From Eledone cirrhosa (lineage: Eukaryota): a stretch of DNA of 64,000 bases. The notes under the pieces are model-generated. The model saw only the letters and a program-made list of their open reading frames with translations, had not been told where the DNA came from and ran no database searches. How positions within the stretch are numbered: the stretch's first letter is position 1; the number at the start of each line of letters is the position of its first letter. Of this stretch, positions 57,598 through 64,000 are shown piece by piece. The position numbers and the translations under genes are program-made. The stretch spans positions 107,198,001-107,262,000 of the forward strand of contig OZ024740.1 of assembly GCA_964016885.1 (NCBI GenBank), given 5' to 3'.

Positions 57598-58240
57598 TTA
57601 TGATCTAGCTAAACCATCTGAGATCATGAATGTTATCCAACCATCTTCCTCGTGTTCTACCCCTATGCCTCCTGCCGATTGGCTTTGCCTGAACAATTTG
57701 ACCTGAGATTCTTTCCTGAGACATTCTAACTGCTTGTCTATAAACTTTCTGATCTCCGAGCTACACACTCTATCAAGTAAGATTACTCCAAAGACCATTT
57801 GAAGGAACCCCATTTTGGCCGCTTCTATTCGAAATTGTATTCTTTCGGTAACTAGATAAGATTCAAGGGTAGGGGTGAATATGGAAATGAAGATATTGTG
57901 TTTGGCCTTTACTCCTACCTCCATTCTTCTTAAGACTGAATGCTGAAATTGGCGATTTACTGCACCAGTTCCAGCAATTCTTGCATTTAATTCAGCCAAC
58001 TGCCTTCCATCACTTGTGAACATGACCTCAAAATACTTGAAATTATCCACTTTCATCGGTGTAATTCCACCTTCTTCTCACTATACAATCTCTCTTGAAA
58101 GGATGAATGATTCGGTCTTTGAAGCATGTATTTTCATTCCTGCTGTGCAACACTCGAAAGCAAATTTATCTAGTGCATGCTGGATATTATTCCCAATGAG
58201 TTAGGTAGCACCATGCTGTCTGCAAATATCAGCTGACTGA
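57598..58240 (-). mobile_element. RTE/Expander-like LINE fragment, same family as 43380-44630
   Basis: FADSMV, FKYFEVMFTSDGRQ and RIEAAKMGFL...LLDRVCSSEIR. Confidence 0.75.
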
Positions 58241-58287
58241 TCCTATACGTGTTTGTATATATATATGTGTGTGTGTGTGTGTGTCTA

Positions 58288-58356
<69 letters not shown>

Positions 58357-58683
58357 TATATATATATATGGTTTTGTGTGTGTATACATATTTTTCCCGT
58401 TTTATTATATACATATTCGCACATACCTTTCACTACATAAACTTACATTCTTGCACATACATACAAACATCCCACTAAGCAACCTTACATATGCATATAT
58501 CATACATTTCACAACGCACATATTCGAAATTTTAACGTCTTTTCATTTCATTTAACTTAAATCAGCTCTCCAAACAGGCCAGTCTATCAGATCGATCTTT
58601 TAAATATTCTTTTGTTATCTTAATGATTTAATTTTCTTTCTAATGCATTGTCTGGTTTTCAAAATTATTTAAATTTGTGTTAC

Positions 58684-58768
<85 letters not shown>

Positions 58769-58969
58769 TTTTTATTTGTTTGACCCGAATTACTTGGTCG
58801 TTTCTTTGGTTGTGCGGATGTTTGTTTAACCATCGTCTCAGTGTGTTTGGCCTTTAACGTATGTTGTAGCTCTGGTTCATCTGAATCATCGAGCGCTTGC
58901 CACACATCTAGGAATTTGTTTTTCGTTAATTCCTAAGCCGAAATACGATTCTCGCTAATTTATATTTGT

Positions 58970-59018
<49 letters not shown>

Positions 59019-59063
59019 AAAGTTAAATAAAAGTCAAATGATTAAAATTTAGCTTCGTTTATT

Positions 59064-59118
59064 ACTGCTATATATATTTCAGTGACAGCCATCTTTGGCT
59101 GTGACCTCTTCAGGCAGT
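59064..59118 (-). ncRNA. Type I hammerhead ribozyme (inverted, 5' of the PLE ORF)
   Basis: Minus strand: ACTGC-CTGAAGA-GGTCACAGCCA AAGA TGGCTGTCACT-GAAA-TATATA-TA-GCAGT, followed by AATAAA. Confidence 0.85.
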
Positions 59119-59276
59119 TTGAATTAGTATGGTATAGACAAGTACATATGTTGTTTAGGTGTATGATATTGTCAATACTCTGATATGCCCAGTTCCTTGT
59201 TGGGTTGTTAATTCACTGGGGAATATGACTCCAGTTCCCCAGTGAATTAACAACCCAACAGGCCTGGAACAATGAC

Positions 59277-61178
59277 GTGCCGGCGTTGTATGGGCTTCGA
59301 AAAGACCATAAAACGGGCTGGGACCCTGTCGCGGGACCACCAACACGGCCAGTCTGTGGGGCTAACATTGCTAGTAACTACAGACTGTCCTACTTCCTCT
59401 CCCTGATCATACGCCCCATCATTGAGATGTCCCCAGATGTGTGTGACAGCACGGAGGACCTCCTCAGCAGAATCGACGCGGGTAACCGATCTGGGGACCT
59501 AACAAACTGCATAATAGGCAGTATGGATGTTGTGTCCCTGTATCCATCTATTGACGTGGATTTTGCTGTGGAGAAATGCGTAGAAATGATCAGCGAGAGC
59601 AAGGTTGAGTTCCGTGGGATTGATACCAGTGAGCTGGGACTTCTACTTAAGCTTACCCATAGTAATAGTTACCTAGACACTTATGACCTTAGCAACCTGT
59701 GCCCTACAAGACCAGCAAGAGGCAGACCACCTACCATTACCTCAATGGCCAAGAAAACCCACACAGATAGATGGAACGGGTGGACCAGAGCCATACGGAC
59801 ACCCGAAAACGACGATGAACTGAAGAAAATGATTGCACATGCGGTAGGGGCCAGCATAAAATTAACCCTTAAGGAACATATGTTCAAATTTAATGGTAAA
59901 ACATATGCCCAAGAGGAAGGAGCAGCCATTGGTGTTAGCATTGCAGGCGACATAGCTAACTTATTCATGGTATGGTGGGACAGTAGACTTAAACAAAAAC
60001 TTAAAGAACAATTAGAAGACAGCTTAACCCTGATAATGTACTCCCGCTACGTAGATGATATAAACATCGTAGTTAAGACACCCCCACTAAAGAACAGTCA
60101 GGAACTAGAGAAAAACACAATGGAAAGCATCCAGCAAATAGCAAACTCCATCCACCAGAGCATTAGAGTTACTATAGACTACCCAAGTAGACACCCCAAC
60201 CATCGATTACCTGTACTAGACACAGAGCTCTGGTTAGATACCATTAACAACCAAAAACAAATCCTCCATTCCCATTATGCCAAACCCATGACTTCCAAAC
60301 ATCTGATCCACCGAAACTCGGCCATTTCGGACCATACCAAAATCAACATACTGATTGCGGATTTGGTACGGGTGATGAGAAATGTGTCCCGCATGTGCAA
60401 CCCCGAAGAACTAGAGAGACACATACAACACTTCATCCACCGTATGCAGTTCTCTGGCTACAATCAGAGAGATAGAATCAGAGTGTATAGAGGAGCCAGA
60501 ACCAAATGAGAAAAAATGGTAAATAATGACATAAATGGGACCTGCCCCTTGTATAGGAGCAAATTTTGGAATAGAATAGAAAGAACTAGGAACAAGGCCA
60601 ATAGAATAAACTCATGGTATGATAGCAATAAATACCAGAGTGTAATGTTCATCAATACAACCCCTAGAGGCGAACTAGCCTACAAATTTAGAAGGGCCCT
60701 AAATAAACATAAACTCAATATTAAGATAGTAGAAAGACCAGGTACCTCCGTAAAAACACTTATTAGCAAGACATACCCGTTCCAAAGACCCTCATGTATA
60801 GATAAGAAATGTATAACCTGTAAAATAAGCCCCCATATTAACTGTAAAACTAGAAATGTAGTGTATAGCATAAGATGTACAGAAGGACAATGTAGAAACA
60901 AAAATATAGTGTACATAGGTGAGACAGCTCGTAGTATAGGGGAACGAATAAATGAACACTGGCGAGACCTCCAAGATAATAAAGAATCATCTGTGCTCTA
61001 CCAACATGCTAAGATAGAACACAGGGGTAGATTAGAGAACATAGAAATACAAATAGAATCCACACACAGAAAAGACGCAATGTTTAGGCAAATTACAGAG
61101 GCAGTAAGCATAAAAGAATTAAAACCAAAATTAAATAGAAAATATGAGTGGAACAGCAACATCACAACTTACAATTAA
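59277..61178 (+). pseudogene. PLE reverse transcriptase plus GIY-YIG endonuclease, one reading frame with a single TGA at 60507-60509
   Basis: LYGLRKDHK, RPVC, SMDVVSLYPSI, QEEGAAIG, YSRYVDD, LPVLD, HYAKP and NVVYSIRC...C...VYIGETARSIGERINEH...H...H...E...LN. ORFs 59277 and 60516 are in the same frame (offset 1239 nt). Confidence 0.9.
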
Positions 61179-61490
61179 GGACAAAATGAAAACACACACA
61201 GGACAAAATGAAAACACACACACACATAGAACAAACAACTTACAATTAAGGACAAAATGAAAACACACAAGGACAAAATGAAAACACACACACACATAGA
61301 ACAAACAACCAACCAACAATAAATAAATTAAATTAAATTAAATAAATAAACAAATAGATAAATGAACACAAACACACACAGACACCCGGATGTGGCGCAT
61401 GCGCAAACTGAGCACACAACACACACACAGAAACAAAATGGCGTAGGATAGAAGAAAGGAAAGGCACAGAAACAAAGGAAAGGAATCCCC

Positions 61491-61535
61491 AGTCACTGAA
61501 GAGGTCACAGAGTGTGTGACGAAAGGACTATGACT
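61491..61535 (+). ncRNA. Minimal type I hammerhead ribozyme in the PLE 3' pseudo-LTR
   Basis: AGTCA-CTGAAGA-G GTCACA GAGTG TGTGAC-GAAA-GGAC-TA-TGACT, with a CUA triplet and a very short stem III. Confidence 0.8.
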
Positions 61536-62201
61536 ATATATAAACAACTATCTGGTTGTGGAACCAACCAACCAACCAGAAATTTATAAGTTTGTAAATT
61601 TGTAAATTTATAAATTTATAAATATATAATAAATTGAAGTGAAAGCAACTGGTGCGTGTGTTTCTTATTGGCAACATGACCCTCCCAAAGTATAACAATA
61701 TCGGTTTCAACACACGATTTCAGATAAAGAATTTTGCTAAACAAATTCAGAAACGAAATATATATATATATATATACATATATAAAGAAAAAGAGATGAA
61801 ATCGAAAATGCAACTGGAGTCTTATTTTTTTTTTAAATATATATATATATTTGGTTCCTTTACCGGTTTCGCAGTTCTTCTGCTTTTCAAAAGGTGAGTT
61901 GAAATGGAGGGTCTACCCATAATATAATGTATGTATATATATATATATATATATATGGAACGATCGACTTTTTTGTCAAATCGGACCGAGGGAACAATGT
62001 TTCCGTTGGTCTTTCCAATTGCTAATACTATCTATCGGTCGCAACTCCAGGTAGAAGGAGCAACGTGAAGTAAAGTATCTTGCTCAAGGACATAACGCAT
62101 CGCCTGGTCTAGGAATCAAACTCACAACCTTACGATTGCGAATCCAATTTCCTAACCACTCAGCCACACGCCTTCACTATATGTATATATATATATATAT
62201 A

Positions 62202-62240
<39 letters not shown>

Positions 62241-62251
62241 GTATATATATA

Positions 62252-62286
<35 letters not shown>

Positions 62287-62297
62287 GTATATATATA

Positions 62298-62348
<51 letters not shown>

Positions 62349-62427
62349 GAATATAAAATGTGTATATATATATATATATAATGTATATATAATGTGTGTG
62401 TATATATATATATATAATGTATATATA

Positions 62428-62478
<51 letters not shown>

Positions 62479-62539
62479 GTATATATTTATATATATATAA
62501 ATATATATATATATATAATGTATATATAATGTGTATATA

Positions 62540-62586
<47 letters not shown>

Positions 62587-62820
62587 ATATTTGGGGAGGG
62601 TCATATTTGCGTAATATTGCCAGAATTAATAACAGAACACACTCACTGTTTGGTTGGTTTTCACTTCTCGCTGTCTTTTATATATATATATCTGCGATCT
62701 AACTTACTCGGTCCTCAATGTTGCCATTGACTGACCGGCGGTCAAAAATAATACAGATACAATATAGACACAAACACATATATATAGTTTACATAATTTA
62801 CATAAATCTTTCGTTGCACA

Positions 62821-62872
<52 letters not shown>

Positions 62873-62934
62873 GTATATATTTATATATGTGTATATATAT
62901 TTATATATATATATATATATATAATGTATATATT

Positions 62935-62969
<35 letters not shown>

Positions 62970-63008
62970 ATATATATACATTTTATATATAATAATATAT
63001 ATATATAC

Positions 63009-63118
<110 letters not shown>

Positions 63119-63176
63119 TATATATATATATACATTATATATATTTATATATATATATATATATATATAAACATTG

Positions 63177-63215
<39 letters not shown>

Positions 63216-63379
63216 TTATTTATTAAAATAACAGATTAAAGTTTAAGCAAAGAATCGCTGCTTTCACCCTTAACGGGATCTTCTGAAACTAACAAAGTCA
63301 ATCTGTAAACGCAGAACTGGATATTTCAAAAAACGTTGCAACTGGGGGAAGACAGGAAGACGATACTTTGGTTCGTGGT

Positions 63380-63650
63380 AACGTTCGCTGGCAAAGAACG
63401 GGAAAAAAACGAATAATACGTCATTAATAGGAGCGGTGAAAAACAATTACGCGCAAAGACAAAACCACGTTTATGGTATAAAAGAGGTCGTAGACTAATG
63501 TTCTCTTAGGTGGTGCATAGAGACGTTCTCTGGCAATGAACGAAAAAACGAAGATAATAAGTCATATGTGGAGCGTGGAGAACAATAGCACGCAAAGACA
63601 AAACCACGTAAATGGTATAGCAGAAATCGTAGACTAAAATTCTAACTAGG
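63380..63650. repeat. Imperfect tandem duplication, period about 140 bp
   Basis: CGCAAAGACAAAACCACGT..ATGGTATA and TCGTAGACTAA occur twice (about 63452 and 63591). Confidence 0.75.
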
Positions 63651-64000
63651 AGACCAAATGAATCTCCGCTACAGAGTTAAGAACAAAGTAAATAAATACA
63701 ATACAGAAGTAATAGGAACAAATAAATACATACACGCAAACAGATACGTACATACACAAGCATACGCAAAACCTTACCGTGGGTATACAAAACCACGCAC
63801 ATATAAATATGTGTGTGTGTGTATGCTTGTGTACAAATAAATAAATAATTATATAAACGTATATAAGTAAATAAATACGTATATAACAAGCGCACACGCA
63901 TACCTACATATAAATACACGAATGTTCGGAGACGTAAGTCAACAAAAACAAGAAGTACACATATACACACACCCACCATACGTACGAACCTGCACACTCA

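Larger units (their letters stand above)
59013..61625 (+). mobile_element. Penelope-like element, 5'-truncated, with HHR-bearing ends
   Basis: RT plus GIY-YIG ORF, a plus-strand HHR at 61491, a minus-strand HHR at 59064 and a fold-back at the 5' truncation point. Confidence 0.85.

Noticed and set aside
59277-61178. Assignment to the Naiad clade or to telomerase
   Set aside because: The endonuclease is C-terminal and HHRs are present, unlike Naiads. No TERT-specific N-terminal domains are visible.
63275-63312. HHR-like motif on the minus strand (CAGAAGA-TCCC...GGGT-GAAA)
   Set aside because: The core is mutated and stems I and III could not be formed.

Overview
Eukaryotic, AT-rich, almost entirely repeat-derived DNA with no host gene that I can support. 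It is probably octopod/cephalopod, an inference from the dominant tRNA-derived SINE and the very high microsatellite load. The window holds an internally deleted Helitron; a Merlin/IS1016-type transposon derivative and a probable Merlin MITE; mariner and hAT MITEs; non-LTR retrotransposons of the R4/Dong, CRE (two copies), RTE (one near full length, plus fragments), L1/Tx1 (one full length, one 3' fragment), CR1 and Ingi/Vingi types; two non-coding LTR elements primed by tRNA-Trp; two Penelope-like elements (PLEs); a 48/59-bp satellite; and more than 15 SINEs. The most notable signal is a dispersed set of about 13 type I hammerhead ribozyme (HHR) motifs, about 6 of which fold by hand with an intact core. 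They sit in short, often inverted-repeat modules inside (TA)n tracts, and three share stems I and III but have unrelated stem II sequences. A PLE at 59277-61178 combines a C-terminal GIY-YIG endonuclease, flanking HHRs, one in-frame TGA and an unusually long insertion between RT motifs A and B'. All calls were made by eye; no searches or folding programs were run.
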